Below are positions 40,913 through 51,049 of a stretch of DNA of 64,000 nucleotides, in pieces. Source of the DNA: an uncultured Gammaproteobacteria bacterium (GTDB lineage: Bacteria > Pseudomonadota > Gammaproteobacteria > Xanthomonadales > SZUA-36); contig CAVOYQ010000022.1 in NCBI GenBank assembly GCA_963700705.1, positions 38,218-102,217 on the forward strand, written 5' to 3'. The position numbers and the translations under genes are program-made. The stretch's first letter is position 1. Each line of letters begins with the position of its first letter. Below the pieces are notes generated by a model, which was not told the DNA's origin, ran no database searches, and saw only the letters and a list, made by a program, of their open reading frames with translations.

Positions 40913-41545
40913 TCAGCCGGCCGGGACTGCTTCTCCCCGGCATCGCCCGAGATCGCGGGTTATCCGCTCCGTGGAACCGGAGCCGCCGGCCAGTCCGCGA
41001 ATGCAGGCGATCAGGTCAGGCATGCCTTTGCGCATGACCCAGCTGACGATGAATCCCGGCACCGGAACACCCGGCCGGACGCGGATCGAGTAATCGATCA
41101 GCACGCCTTCCGGTGTTTCGGTAAATTGCCATCGACCCTCCATGGCTTTCAGGTTCCCCTCGACCAGGTTGAAGCGGATATCGTGGTATGGCTCACGCAG
41201 GGATTCGAAAATAAAATCCTGGGTTGGAAACAACCACCCCTTCTTGACGACCTGGTGCACCAGTGCACGCCTGCCATCGTCTTCGATCACCTGGCATTGT
41301 TTCAGGCCGTCCACGAAGGCAAAGGAGTGTTCGCAGGACGTGATCACGTTCCACACCGATTGCGCGGACGCCTGCACCAGGGCCTGCACGTGCGCCGATC
41401 CGCCCGACTTGCCGGAATCCGCGTTCAGCAGGACGATTTCACCCTTGCCAAGGCGCAGTGAAAGATCAGTGTCCGGCTCAGCGGGCGCCGCCACCGTGGA
41501 AACCATCGTCAGAACAATGGCCAGCAAGAGTTCGCAAGATTTCAT
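40913..41545 (-). CDS. Secreted SRPBCC/START-like (polyketide cyclase-dehydrase fold) protein
   Basis: Signal peptide MKSCELLLAIVLTMVSTVAAPA; about 190-aa body resembling SRPBCC lipid-binding proteins. Fold assignment is from recollection only. Confidence 0.5.
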   Translation of the reverse strand: MKSCELLLAIVLTMVSTVAAPAEPDTDLSLRLGKGEIVLLNADSGKSGGSAHVQALVQASAQSVWNVITSCEHSFAFVDGLKQCQVIEDDGRRALVHQVVKKGWLFPTQDFIFESLREPYHDIRFNLVEGNLKAMEGRWQFTETPEGVLIDYSIRVRPGVPVPGFIVSWVMRKGMPDLIACIRGLAGGSGSTERITRDLGRCRGEAVPAG

Positions 41546-41568
41546 CGTCAGATCAGTATAATAGCCGG

Positions 41569-42471
41569 ATGAACCTTCGCGCCCTCCAATATTTCGTCAA
41601 GCTCGCAGAGCTGAAACACTTCAGCAAGGCAGCCAATGCCTGTTTCGTCAGCCAGCCCACGCTCAGCACCCAGATCAAAAAACTGGAAGATGAACTGGGG
41701 GTGCAATTGGTGGAGCGCTCGCCCAAGCAGATCATGCTGACCCCGGTGGGCGAAGAAATCGCTGAACGCGCACAATTGGTTCTCAGTGATATCGAACAGA
41801 TCCGGACATTGGCGCGAAGAAGCGGAAATCCTGCCGACGGCGTGCTTCGGCTGGGCCTGTTCCCGACACTGGCGCCTTATTACCTGCCGCACGTCGTGCC
41901 TTCGCTGCGAAAACGATTCCCCAACCTGCGCCTGCAACTGGCTGAAGAAAAAACCGATGACATCCTGCGGATGTTAAGACAGGGAGAACTCGATGCCGCG
42001 TTGCTGGCGCTTCCGATCAATCACGAGGGGCTGAAAATGGAGGTTCTGTTCGAAGAGCCCTTCGTTCTGGCCCTGCCCGGCAACCATCCACTGGCCGACC
42101 GGAACCTGGTTACCATGAACGACCTGAAAGGCGCCGAATTGCTTTTGCTCGAGGAAGGGCATTGCCTCAGGGATCATGCCCTGGAGGTTTGCACGCTGGC
42201 GAATGCCCATGAAAGGGTCGATTTTCACGCCACCAGCATGGAAACATTGCGCCAGATGGTGGCCGCGGATGTCGGCATCACGCTGATGCCCCTGCTGGCG
42301 GTAAAGCCGCCCATCGCCGCCACGGTCAATGTTGTGATCCGCAGTTTCAGGAAACCCGCCCCCAGTCGCACCATCGCGTTGGTCTGGCGCAGCAGTTCGG
42401 CGATTTCAACTTTCCTGAAAGACCTGGCGGAATGCCTCAAAGACCTTCCGCCAGGTTTGTTGCAAACCTAG
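41569..42471 (+). CDS. oxyR: LysR-family redox regulator OxyR
   Basis: HTH MNLRALQYFVKLAELKHFSKAANACFVSQPTLSTQIKKLE and the redox cysteine pair LLEEGHCLRDHALEVC. Start chosen at ATG 41569. Confidence 0.85.
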   Translation: MNLRALQYFVKLAELKHFSKAANACFVSQPTLSTQIKKLEDELGVQLVERSPKQIMLTPVGEEIAERAQLVLSDIEQIRTLARRSGNPADGVLRLGLFPTLAPYYLPHVVPSLRKRFPNLRLQLAEEKTDDILRMLRQGELDAALLALPINHEGLKMEVLFEEPFVLALPGNHPLADRNLVTMNDLKGAELLLLEEGHCLRDHALEVCTLANAHERVDFHATSMETLRQMVAADVGITLMPLLAVKPPIAATVNVVIRSFRKPAPSRTIALVWRSSSAISTFLKDLAECLKDLPPGLLQT

Positions 42472-43447
42472 TACTCCAGGCCTTCCAGCAGTTCCTGCGC
42501 ATCGTCCGGGCCATCGGGCATATCGGCAAACAGGGGCGTGGACAGGTAGCGTTCGCCGGTATCGGGCAGCATGGCCAGGATCACTGAACCCGGTTCCGCC
42601 TGTTCCGCCACCTTCAGCGCAGCAGCAAAGGTACCGCCCGCGGAAATGCCGCAGAAAATACCTTCCATCGGGTCGCCAGCGCCTTGCGAAGTTGCAATCG
42701 CTTCGTCATCGGTCACCGTGAACATTCTCGATGCGCCACGTTGCGATCCAGCACAGTCGGGAATGAAGTCCGGGGTCCAGCCCTGGATTTTGTGCGGTTG
42801 CCATTCCTTGCCTTCCAGCAGCGAGGCACCCGCCGGCTCGGTGGAAATGATCTTCACGTCCGGCCGGGCCAGGCGAATCATCTGGCCAGCGCCCGGTGAT
42901 CGTGCCGCCGGTGCCGTATCCGCTGACGAAGTAGTCCAGCCGGCGGCTGGCGAAATCGCGTCAGCACTTCCGGGCCGGTGGTGTTGCGGTGGATAAGCCG
43001 GGTTCGCCTCGTTTTCGAATTGCTGGGTCATGAACCAGCCGTGTTTTGCGGCCAGGGCCTCGGTCGCCGCGAACCATGCCGGTCGCGCGCCGTGGTGCCG
43101 GCGGTGTCAGCACCACCCTGGCACCGAGGAAGCGCATCAGCCGGCGACGTTCGATGGAAAACGACTCGGCCATGACCGAAACAAAGGGATAGCCGCGGAC
43201 CGCGCAGACCATGGCCAGCGCGATTCCGGTATTTCCGGAAGTTGCTTCGATCACGGTCTGCCCGGGCTTCAGCACACCACGTTTTTCAGCATCCAGAATA
43301 ATACCCAGCGCCAGGCGGTCCTTGACCGAACCCATCGGGTTGAACGCTTCCAGCTTCACATACATTTCCACACCTTCCGGCGCCAGCTGATTGATCCTGA
43401 ACTACCGGCGTATGACCAATCGTGTCCAGAATGTTGTTGTAGATCAT
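42468..43447 (-). pseudogene. cysK: Cysteine synthase (CysK/CysM family) with multiple frame breaks
   Basis: MIYNNILDTIGHTPVV / RINQLAPEGVEMYVKLEAFNPMGSVKDR (PLP lysine) ...SGNTGIALA... / QQFENEANPA / GAGQMIRLARPDVKIISTEPAGA...PHKIQG...GISAGG. At least 4 frame changes: ~43394-43403, ~43050-43100, and two within ~42890-42990. Confidence 0.75.
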
Positions 43448-43558
43448 TTCAATACCTCACGGGTTCGAAGAAAGCCGAAAATGGCCTTTCCAATGTGCGT
43501 TAAGGAAAGTATACGCGTTCCGTGAAAAATTATGCAGCGCCCCCGAAAGCGCCGGCGT

Positions 43559-46237
43559 CTACAGCTCGAGCGTCACCTCCATCAACTGCGGATCTTCCGG
43601 ACTGGTTTCGACCCTGAAGCCCAGTGATTTTACAAAATCGATCATGCGCCGGTTTTCGACCAGCACTGTTCCGATCATCTGGGTAAACCGGCGCGATCTG
43701 GCTGCCTCTACGAGCGCCCTCATCAGCCGCCGCGCAACGCCCCGGTTTTGCCAGTCATCGGCAATGACAATGGCAAACTCGCAGCTGACCTGGTCCGGCA
43801 GGGTGTGGTAACGGGCAACGCCCACCTGCTCAATCTCGTTATCGATATCCGTGACCGCAATCAGCGCCATTTCACGGTCATAATCGATCTGTGTGAAACG
43901 TGAAAGCAATTCCGGCGTAATTTCCGGCATGGAATACATGAACCGGAAATAGCGGCTTTGCTGCGACAGGCTGTTAACGAATTCCCGTTCAATGATGGCG
44001 TCTTCCGGCCGGATCGGTCGAATGATGATCCGCGTGCCGTCGCTCAGGTCACTGCGCTGCACGAGGTCGCGCGGATACGGATGAATCGCCATGTGGTCAT
44101 AAGGCCGCGCCGCCTCATTGTGGCGGGCCACGACGATCCTTGCATCAACGGCCATGACGCCGTCGGCGCTGGCGATGACCGGGTTCATATCCATTTCAAC
44201 GATGGCGGGAAGTTCGCACGCCATCTCCGCAACGCGCAGAATCAGGTTTTCCAATGCCACCCGGTCCACTTCCGGAGCACCCCGCATCGGCTTGAGCAGC
44301 CGCGCCGCCAGGGTCCGGTCGATCAGACTTTTGACCAGGAACTCGTTCAGTGGCGGCAGGGCTACCGCCCGATCCCGCAGAACTTCAACCAGCGTCCCGC
44401 CGAGGCCAAAACTGATGACGGGCCCAAAAACCTCGTCCCTGACCACACCAACCATCAGTTCCCTGCCATGTTTGCCCTTCCACATCGGCTCGATGACAAC
44501 GCCGTTGATCTTGGCTTCGGGCCGCAAGTCGCGCACCGAGTCCATCAGGTTTTGGTACACGTCGCGGACCTGCCGCGCATTCTCGAGGCCGAGCTTGACG
44601 CCGCCGACATCGGTTTTGTGGGTGATGTCGGGTGAATCGATTTTCATGGCGACCGGATAACCGATCTCCTGCGCCACCAGGATGGCTTCCTGGGCGGAAG
44701 TCGCGGGAATGCTCTGGACGATCGGAATATGAAACGCCGCCAGGATGGCTTTTGATTCAGCCTGCGTCAGAATTTTCCGGTCATCGGCCAGCACGTTTTC
44801 GATAATCAGGTTGGCGTTATCCAGCTCGGGGACAGACTCCAGCCTCATCGGACCGGGTACCTGGAGCAATTGCTGCTGGTTGTGGTGATAGGTGCTCATG
44901 GCGCCAAAGGCGCGAACGGCGGCTTCCGGGGTGCGATAGGACGGAATGTTGTGCCGGCTGAACAGTTCCCTGCTGGTTGCCACTGACACGGCCCCCATCC
45001 AGCAAGCCAGGATGGGTTTCCTGGTGTTTTTGCGCAATTCGACCAGGCGCGTGGCGACGTCCAACGGCGCGGTCTGGGCCTGGGGGGTCAGAACGACCAG
45101 CACGGCGTCGATTTCCTTGTCATTCAGGCACGCCTGCACGGCCTGTTCGTACCGGTCGGGGCCGGCATCACCCAAAACATCGATCGGGTTATTATGCGAC
45201 CAGGAGGCTGGCAGGACCTTGTTCAACACGGCCATGGTCTCATCGCTCAATTCCGCGAGTTTCAACCCCACATCGGTGCAATGGTCAGCCGCCATGACGC
45301 CGGGACCACCGGCATTGGTCACCACGGCGAGCCGGCTGCCGGCCGTTCTGACACCGGAATCCAGCGTTGCCGCAGTGGAGAAGAAATCCGTGAAGTCGTC
45401 TACCCTGAGGGCGCCCGCTCTGCGCAGTGCCGAATCAAATACCGCATCGGATCCTACCAGTGCGCCGGTGTGCGAAACCGCCGCTCTTGATCCCTGCGAA
45501 TGACGACCGGATTTCATGATGACCACCGGTTTCATCCGTGCAGCCGCCCGGAGTGCGCTCATGAATCGCCGGGCATCACGCAAACCTTCGATGTAGAGCA
45601 TGATGCTGTCGGTCGCCGGATCCATTGCGACGAAATCCAGTATTTCGCCGAAATCAACGTCCGCTCCGATACCGGTGGAGATCAGGCTGGAAAAGCCGAT
45701 GTCGTTAACCGCCGCCCAGTCCAGGATCGCCGTGCACAAGGCGCCGGATTGCGAGATCACCGCGATACGCCCGGGCAAGGCATTGCCGGCGCTGAACGTT
45801 GCGTTCAACCCGATGTCCGTCCGGATGACACCCAGGCAGTTCGGTCCGAGGATACGCAGGTTGTAACGCCTGGCGCGGCGCAGCATCTCGGCCTCCAGGC
45901 CGGCTCCCCTGGGCCCCGCCTCGCTGAATCCTGCTGAAACCACGATCGCAGCGCCGACGCCGCTTTCACCGCAGTCGGTAATGATGTCGGGAACCACTGT
46001 CGCAGGCGCAACGATGACCGCCATATCGGTTGCGCTGTCCGCATCGGCAAGCCTGCTGTAGCAGACCTGTCCGTCGATCTCTTCGTATTTTGGATTGACC
46101 AGGGTGATCGGACCATGAAAATTCGCCGATTTCAGGTTATTCAGGATAACCGTACCCAGGGCACCCTTGACGGAGCTTGCACCGAAAAGTGCTACGGACT
46201 GTGGTTTGAATAACTGTTGTAAACGATTGGGTTGCAT
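43559..46237 (-). CDS. Protein lysine acetyltransferase Pat-type (ADP-forming acyl-CoA synthetase-like domains plus C-terminal GNAT)
   Basis: 892 aa: CoA-binding N-terminus (SVALFGASSVKG), succinyl-CoA-synthetase-like/ATP-grasp middle, GNAT C-terminus (QNRGVARRLMRALVEAA). Confidence 0.85.
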   Translation of the reverse strand: MQPNRLQQLFKPQSVALFGASSVKGALGTVILNNLKSANFHGPITLVNPKYEEIDGQVCYSRLADADSATDMAVIVAPATVVPDIITDCGESGVGAAIVVSAGFSEAGPRGAGLEAEMLRRARRYNLRILGPNCLGVIRTDIGLNATFSAGNALPGRIAVISQSGALCTAILDWAAVNDIGFSSLISTGIGADVDFGEILDFVAMDPATDSIMLYIEGLRDARRFMSALRAAARMKPVVIMKSGRHSQGSRAAVSHTGALVGSDAVFDSALRRAGALRVDDFTDFFSTAATLDSGVRTAGSRLAVVTNAGGPGVMAADHCTDVGLKLAELSDETMAVLNKVLPASWSHNNPIDVLGDAGPDRYEQAVQACLNDKEIDAVLVVLTPQAQTAPLDVATRLVELRKNTRKPILACWMGAVSVATSRELFSRHNIPSYRTPEAAVRAFGAMSTYHHNQQQLLQVPGPMRLESVPELDNANLIIENVLADDRKILTQAESKAILAAFHIPIVQSIPATSAQEAILVAQEIGYPVAMKIDSPDITHKTDVGGVKLGLENARQVRDVYQNLMDSVRDLRPEAKINGVVIEPMWKGKHGRELMVGVVRDEVFGPVISFGLGGTLVEVLRDRAVALPPLNEFLVKSLIDRTLAARLLKPMRGAPEVDRVALENLILRVAEMACELPAIVEMDMNPVIASADGVMAVDARIVVARHNEAARPYDHMAIHPYPRDLVQRSDLSDGTRIIIRPIRPEDAIIEREFVNSLSQQSRYFRFMYSMPEITPELLSRFTQIDYDREMALIAVTDIDNEIEQVGVARYHTLPDQVSCEFAIVIADDWQNRGVARRLMRALVEAARSRRFTQMIGTVLVENRRMIDFVKSLGFRVETSPEDPQLMEVTLEL

Positions 46238-46289
46238 TGACCTGTTCCTGACGCTGTAATGTGAAATATCCTAAGGAGTTTCTGACGAA

Positions 46290-47215
46290 ATGGTTACTGC
46301 CCTGATCTCACACCCGGACTGCGACCTGCACGAGATGGGGGATTTTCACCCCGAGTGCCCGGCACGCCTTGATGTGATCACCGACAAACTTCTCACCCTC
46401 AGGCTGCTGGACTTCCTGGCGCAATTCGATGCGCCGCTGGTTACCCGCTGAGCAGCTATTGCGGGTGCATTCTGCCCGATACCTCGAGTGGCTGCAGCAA
46501 AGATTGCCAAAATCCGGCTATTTTGACATTGATCTGGATACCCGAATGAACCCAAAAACGCTGGTCGCGGCGCACCGCGCGGCCGGCGCCGCGGTCCTGG
46601 CCACGGACCTGGTCGCTACCGGGCGCGTTGAAAATGCCTTCTGTAACATCCGGCCGCCCGGACACCACGCCACGTCGGGTACCGCGATGGGATTCTGTTT
46701 CTTCAACAACATCGCTGTAGCAGCGGCACATGCCATGGCCGTGCACCCGATTGAGCGCGTGGCCATTCTTGATTTTGATGTCCACCACGGTAACGGTACC
46801 GATGTCATTTTTGAGAACGATCGACCGGGTCATGGTCTGTTCGCTGTTCCAGCGCGATTTGTATCCGTTCTCCGGTGGCCAGGCGCATGCCGGAAAAGGC
46901 ATCAACGTTGAACTTCCCGCCGGCAGCGGCGGGGACGAAATGCGCAACGCGGTCGAGAATACCTGGCTTCCTGCGCTGGCAGGTTTCAACCCGCAGATGG
47001 TCTTCGTTTCAGCCGGCTTCGATGCGCATGCCAGCGACGACATCAGTGACCTGGTTTTTTCCGACGCTGATTTCCGCTGGTTGAGCGAGCTCACCCTGGG
47101 CGTCGCGGCAAGCTATGCCGGCGGGCGGCTCGTGTCGGTGCTGGAGGGCGGGTATGACCTCGATTCCCTGGCCCGTTGTGCGGCGGCACACGTGAAGATA
47201 CTGGCTGGCCTGTAG
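46290..47215 (+). CDS. Histone-deacetylase-family (class II HDAC/AcuC-like) deacetylase, two frame breaks
   Basis: MVTALISHPDCDLHEMGDFHPECPARL..., RPPGHHA, ILDFDVHHGNGT, SAGFDAH, LEGGY motifs. Frame breaks near 46446-46452 and 46815-46825. Confidence 0.8.
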
Positions 47216-47237
47216 CCTTAAAGGAACCTCTGATCAA

Positions 47238-48485
47238 TTATGCGCGGAGAAGGTCTGTCAGGACTTTTCCCCGGGCCAGGGCGGGGGCATCGCGGTTATG
47301 CCCGGTTGCCCGCTTGATGAATACATCCCGTGCAAACCAGCTACCGGAAACCAGGTTGATACCCAGCCGGCGCAGCGGCCCGAGTTCTTCAGGGATGAAC
47401 AGACCACGGATGCCATGCATGCCCTTTGCCATGATTTCCGCTTCTGACCGGCGCCACCTGCCGTATTTTTCCAGGGTTTTCGCGGCAGCGATATCCATCT
47501 TCCTGTTGCGGGCGTTCAACAGGACTTCCACGAGCCCTGCGGCATCGAGCAGGCCCAGGTTCACTCCCTGCCCCGCCAGCGGGTGAACCACGTGGGCCGC
47601 GTCACCGATCAGCACGGCGCAGTTGGCTGTATACCGCTCACTCAGGCGCATGGTCAACGGGAAGGCCGCCCGCGGACCACAGGCGAGCACCCGGTCCGGC
47701 CAGTGCTTGTCATCTCCCGCAATCGCGCTGTCGAGTTCCGCCAGGAACGAATCATCATCGAGGTCCAGCATGCGCGTTGCCTCGGACTCCGGCAGCGACC
47801 ACACGATCGAGGAGGCGCCGTCGGCCAGCGGCAGAAAAGCCAGCGGCCCGCCTGCAAGAAACCTCTGCCAGGCCACACCCGGATTGGGCGTCGCGGTCTG
47901 GACGACGGACACGAGACCCCGCTGACCATATTCCCAGTGGTCCTGGCGGATTCCGAGTAACTTGCGAATGCCGGAATTTGCACCGTCCGCACCGACCAGC
48001 AGGCTGCAATTGAGGACCGCACCACTTTCGAGGCTGACTGCAGGATAACCCTTCACGTAGTCCAGCCCGCTCACCCGGTCCGGGCAGAACAATTCAATGC
48101 CACCCAGGGTCAGCAGCGACTGCCAGAGCGACCACTGAACCAGCGCGTTTTCAACGATCGTGCCCAGTCGCTCCAGGCCGAACTCAGCTGCATTGAATTC
48201 CAGGCTGACGCTTTCCTCGCGATCTTCCACGGCCATTCGCCGGTAAGGGCAGTGCCTCTGCCGTTCGACCTGGCGCCAGGCTCCGGCCTCGGCCAGTACG
48301 TTCGCCGCGCCGGGAGAAATGGCGGAGACCCTCAGCCCAACCGCTTCCCCGGGATTGAACGGGCGTGGTTCCTCGTGATCGACCACTGCCACGGAAAAAC
48401 CCGATCGGGCCAGCAGTGAAGCGGCCGCGGCGCCCACCATTCCCGCGCCGACGACAACGATATCGAAGCGAGACACATTTTTCAT
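47238..48485 (-). CDS. ubiI: UbiH/UbiF/VisC/COQ6-family ubiquinone hydroxylase (VisC/UbiI position)
   Basis: FAD fingerprint DIVVVGAGMVGAAAA. Start ATG 48485 overlaps the ubiH stop (ATGA). pepP-ubiH-visC synteny. Confidence 0.85.
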   Translation of the reverse strand: MKNVSRFDIVVVGAGMVGAAAASLLARSGFSVAVVDHEEPRPFNPGEAVGLRVSAISPGAANVLAEAGAWRQVERQRHCPYRRMAVEDREESVSLEFNAAEFGLERLGTIVENALVQWSLWQSLLTLGGIELFCPDRVSGLDYVKGYPAVSLESGAVLNCSLLVGADGANSGIRKLLGIRQDHWEYGQRGLVSVVQTATPNPGVAWQRFLAGGPLAFLPLADGASSIVWSLPESEATRMLDLDDDSFLAELDSAIAGDDKHWPDRVLACGPRAAFPLTMRLSERYTANCAVLIGDAAHVVHPLAGQGVNLGLLDAAGLVEVLLNARNRKMDIAAAKTLEKYGRWRRSEAEIMAKGMHGIRGLFIPEELGPLRRLGINLVSGSWFARDVFIKRATGHNRDAPALARGKVLTDLLRA

Positions 48486-49720
48486 AAGGGCTCCCCCGTG
48501 GCCAGGCGGGGAATACGGCCGCGGAAACCCATGGACCGGATCGCAAGCTGCCGCCGCAAAGGGGGAATGAACGCGTGTGCCAGCATGCCTGCCGTCCGGA
48601 CACCGGCCGCCAGGCGTGACGGGTTGGAAAAAAATCTCGCCAGGCCGTCCGAGTAAGCGATCGTCTCGTTTTGATCCTGTTTTCGCCAACTGCTGTAACG
48701 ATTCAGCAAATCCAGGCTGCCAAAATCCGCCCCGGCGCCCTTCCTGGATTCGCTCCAGAGCAATTCGGCCAGCACGGCTACATCCCTCAGACCGAGGTTG
48801 AATCCCTGCGCGCCGACCGGGTGAATGGCGTGCGCGGCGTTGCCCAGGATGACCGCCCCCGGCCTGACGTCCTCCAGCGCCCGGACCAGGCGAAGCGGGT
48901 AACTGCTGCGCCGGCCGATCTGCAGGAAGCGGCCCAGGTGGTTTCCGAAACGCTGATGTGCCCGGCGCAGAAACTCGGCGTCCGGAAGGTCCATCATTGC
49001 AGCGGCCTGGTCAGTTGAAACGCACCAGATCAGACCACAGCGGCCTTCCACGTGGGGCATCACCGCAAAGGGACCGGTCGGGGTAAAACATTCGAAAGCC
49101 CGGCCCAGGTGATCGTGCTCGGGGGTAATGTTGCAGATCACCGCGGTCTGGTGGTAATCGTGCCTTTCAGTTTCGATTCCCAGTGCATTCCGGACCAGGG
49201 AATTCGCCCCGTCCGCTCCCACCAGCAGCGCTGCTTCAACCCGGTGGGTATCGCCACCGCTGGTATATTCGATCCTGGCGCCGGTTCCGTCGACGGTGAT
49301 CCCTGTTACCGCGACAGGGCAAAGCAAGTCAAGGTTGTCTGTCCGGGCAATCTGTTCCATGACAGCGGCTCCGAACACCCGGGCCTCCACCACGTGCCCA
49401 AAACGGTCAAGGCCCAGTTCAAGGGGATCCATGATGACCCGGCCGGGGCTCTGGAATTCGCGCACCTGGATCTGGCGGATCGGAGTGGCGTTCGCTGACA
49501 GTGCGGGCCAGATTCCCAGCCCCTGGAGTATTTTGCAGGAACTCGCGCTGAGCGCGAGCGTGCGGTCATCGTAACTGGGCTGGCTCGCGGCCCGCCCAGC
49601 AACCGCTTCCAGCAGCGCAATTCTGATTCCGAGCGGCGCCAGCGCGCAGGCCAGGCTGGCCCCGACCAGGCCACCCCCGATAATTGCTATGTCGTAACGT
49701 TTGGTCACGGGCGGGTTCAT
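48482..49720 (-). CDS. ubiH: 2-octaprenyl-6-methoxyphenol hydroxylase UbiH
   Basis: DIAIIGGGLVGASLA FAD motif; 412 aa; synteny. Confidence 0.85.
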   Translation of the reverse strand: MNPPVTKRYDIAIIGGGLVGASLACALAPLGIRIALLEAVAGRAASQPSYDDRTLALSASSCKILQGLGIWPALSANATPIRQIQVREFQSPGRVIMDPLELGLDRFGHVVEARVFGAAVMEQIARTDNLDLLCPVAVTGITVDGTGARIEYTSGGDTHRVEAALLVGADGANSLVRNALGIETERHDYHQTAVICNITPEHDHLGRAFECFTPTGPFAVMPHVEGRCGLIWCVSTDQAAAMMDLPDAEFLRRAHQRFGNHLGRFLQIGRRSSYPLRLVRALEDVRPGAVILGNAAHAIHPVGAQGFNLGLRDVAVLAELLWSESRKGAGADFGSLDLLNRYSSWRKQDQNETIAYSDGLARFFSNPSRLAAGVRTAGMLAHAFIPPLRRQLAIRSMGFRGRIPRLATGEPL

Positions 49721-51024
49721 GCTGCCATCTGGACTTCTATTTCATCTACGGTCCTGGCCAGGCCTTCGGTCAGCACACGCGGAGCGTCCTGGGTTATGGC
49801 GATATTGTCCTCGATCCGGATTCCCACGCCTCTCCAGCACTCTTTGACGTCTGCTTCGCCGGGCTGAATGTAGATGCCGGGTTCAATCGTCAGGACCATG
49901 CCCGGCTCGAGTTCCCGGGAATGCCCGTCGATGGTGTACTCGCCCACGTCGTGAACGTCCAGTCCGAGCCAGTGGCCGGTATTGTGAACGTAGTATTTCT
50001 TGTAGCCTTTGGTTTCGATCTGCCGGTCCAGGTCGCCGTCCAGGATACCCAGGGAAATCATGCCCTCGGTCGCAGCCCGGATGGCCGCATCGTGGATGTC
50101 CTGCCACTGGTTTCCGGCACGGGCTTTTTCAATCGCTGCTGACTGCGCGGTCAAAACCACTTCGTAAAGCTGCTTTTGTTCCGGCGAGAACTTGCCGTTG
50201 ACCGGAAACGTGCGCGTGATGTCAGAAGCATATCCATCATATTCCGCTCCCGCGTCGATCAGCAGCAGGTCACCGTCGTGCAGTTCCTGGTTGTTGGCAA
50301 TATAGTGCAAAACGCAGGCATTCGCGCCGCCCCCCACGATGGGCAAATAGGAAGTTTCACAATGCCGCCTGGTGAATGTGTGCAGCAGGCTGGCCTTGAT
50401 ATCCGCCTCGTTGATGCCGGGCTTGCACAGCCGCATGGCCATTTGGTGAGCCTCGATGGCGACTTTCGCCGAACGGCGCATCACGGACAGTTCCTCACGG
50501 CTTTTATAAACCCGCATATCATGCAGCATGTGGTCCAGGGCATGAATTTCTTCCGGCGCATGGAAGGTCTTGCGCTTCTCGCCCCGAAATTCGTTGAGCC
50601 AGCCGATCAGTCGCTGGTCGAAAAGAGGATTTCTCCCGAGGTCGTAGTAGATACGCTCCCGGTCGCGCAACAGGTCGCGCAATCGTGTTTCAGCCTGCCT
50701 GATATCGTAGGCCTCGTCCATGCCAAATTCAGAAACGGCTGCCTCGATGCCAACCATCCGTCCATCCCACTTTTCCCGTTCCGGGTCGCGGTCGCGGCAG
50801 AAAAGAATGCTGGTTCCATTCCCTGCGCCCGGAATCAGAGCCAGGATGGCGTCGTGCTCGCGGAACCCCGTCAGGTACAGAAAGTCGCTGTCCTGGCGAT
50901 AGGGGAAATAGACGTCGTTATTTCTGAGCCTTGCAGGCGCAGCCTGAAGAATGATGATCGACCCTTCACCCGCCATCTGAATCAGCTGCCGCCGGCGTCG
51001 CGCATATTCTTTTTGTTTGATCAC
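49717..51024 (-). CDS. pepP: Xaa-Pro aminopeptidase PepP
   Basis: M24B motifs (DGDLLLIDAGAEYDGYASDITRTFP, HNTGHWLGLDVHD). Confidence 0.95.
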   Translation of the reverse strand: MIKQKEYARRRRQLIQMAGEGSIIILQAAPARLRNNDVYFPYRQDSDFLYLTGFREHDAILALIPGAGNGTSILFCRDRDPEREKWDGRMVGIEAAVSEFGMDEAYDIRQAETRLRDLLRDRERIYYDLGRNPLFDQRLIGWLNEFRGEKRKTFHAPEEIHALDHMLHDMRVYKSREELSVMRRSAKVAIEAHQMAMRLCKPGINEADIKASLLHTFTRRHCETSYLPIVGGGANACVLHYIANNQELHDGDLLLIDAGAEYDGYASDITRTFPVNGKFSPEQKQLYEVVLTAQSAAIEKARAGNQWQDIHDAAIRAATEGMISLGILDGDLDRQIETKGYKKYYVHNTGHWLGLDVHDVGEYTIDGHSRELEPGMVLTIEPGIYIQPGEADVKECWRGVGIRIEDNIAITQDAPRVLTEGLARTVDEIEVQMAA

Positions 51025-51049
51025 TGTGCAGATACCCGTGTTTTATCGC

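Noticed and set aside
40253-41461. 402-aa ORF on the + strand
   Set aside because: It lies antisense to trpS and the SRPBCC-like gene. The same reasoning applies to 62620-63864 (minus, antisense to DUF481), 50176-51315 (plus, antisense to pepP), 43958-44635 (plus, antisense to pat) and 15611-16324 (plus, antisense to purL).
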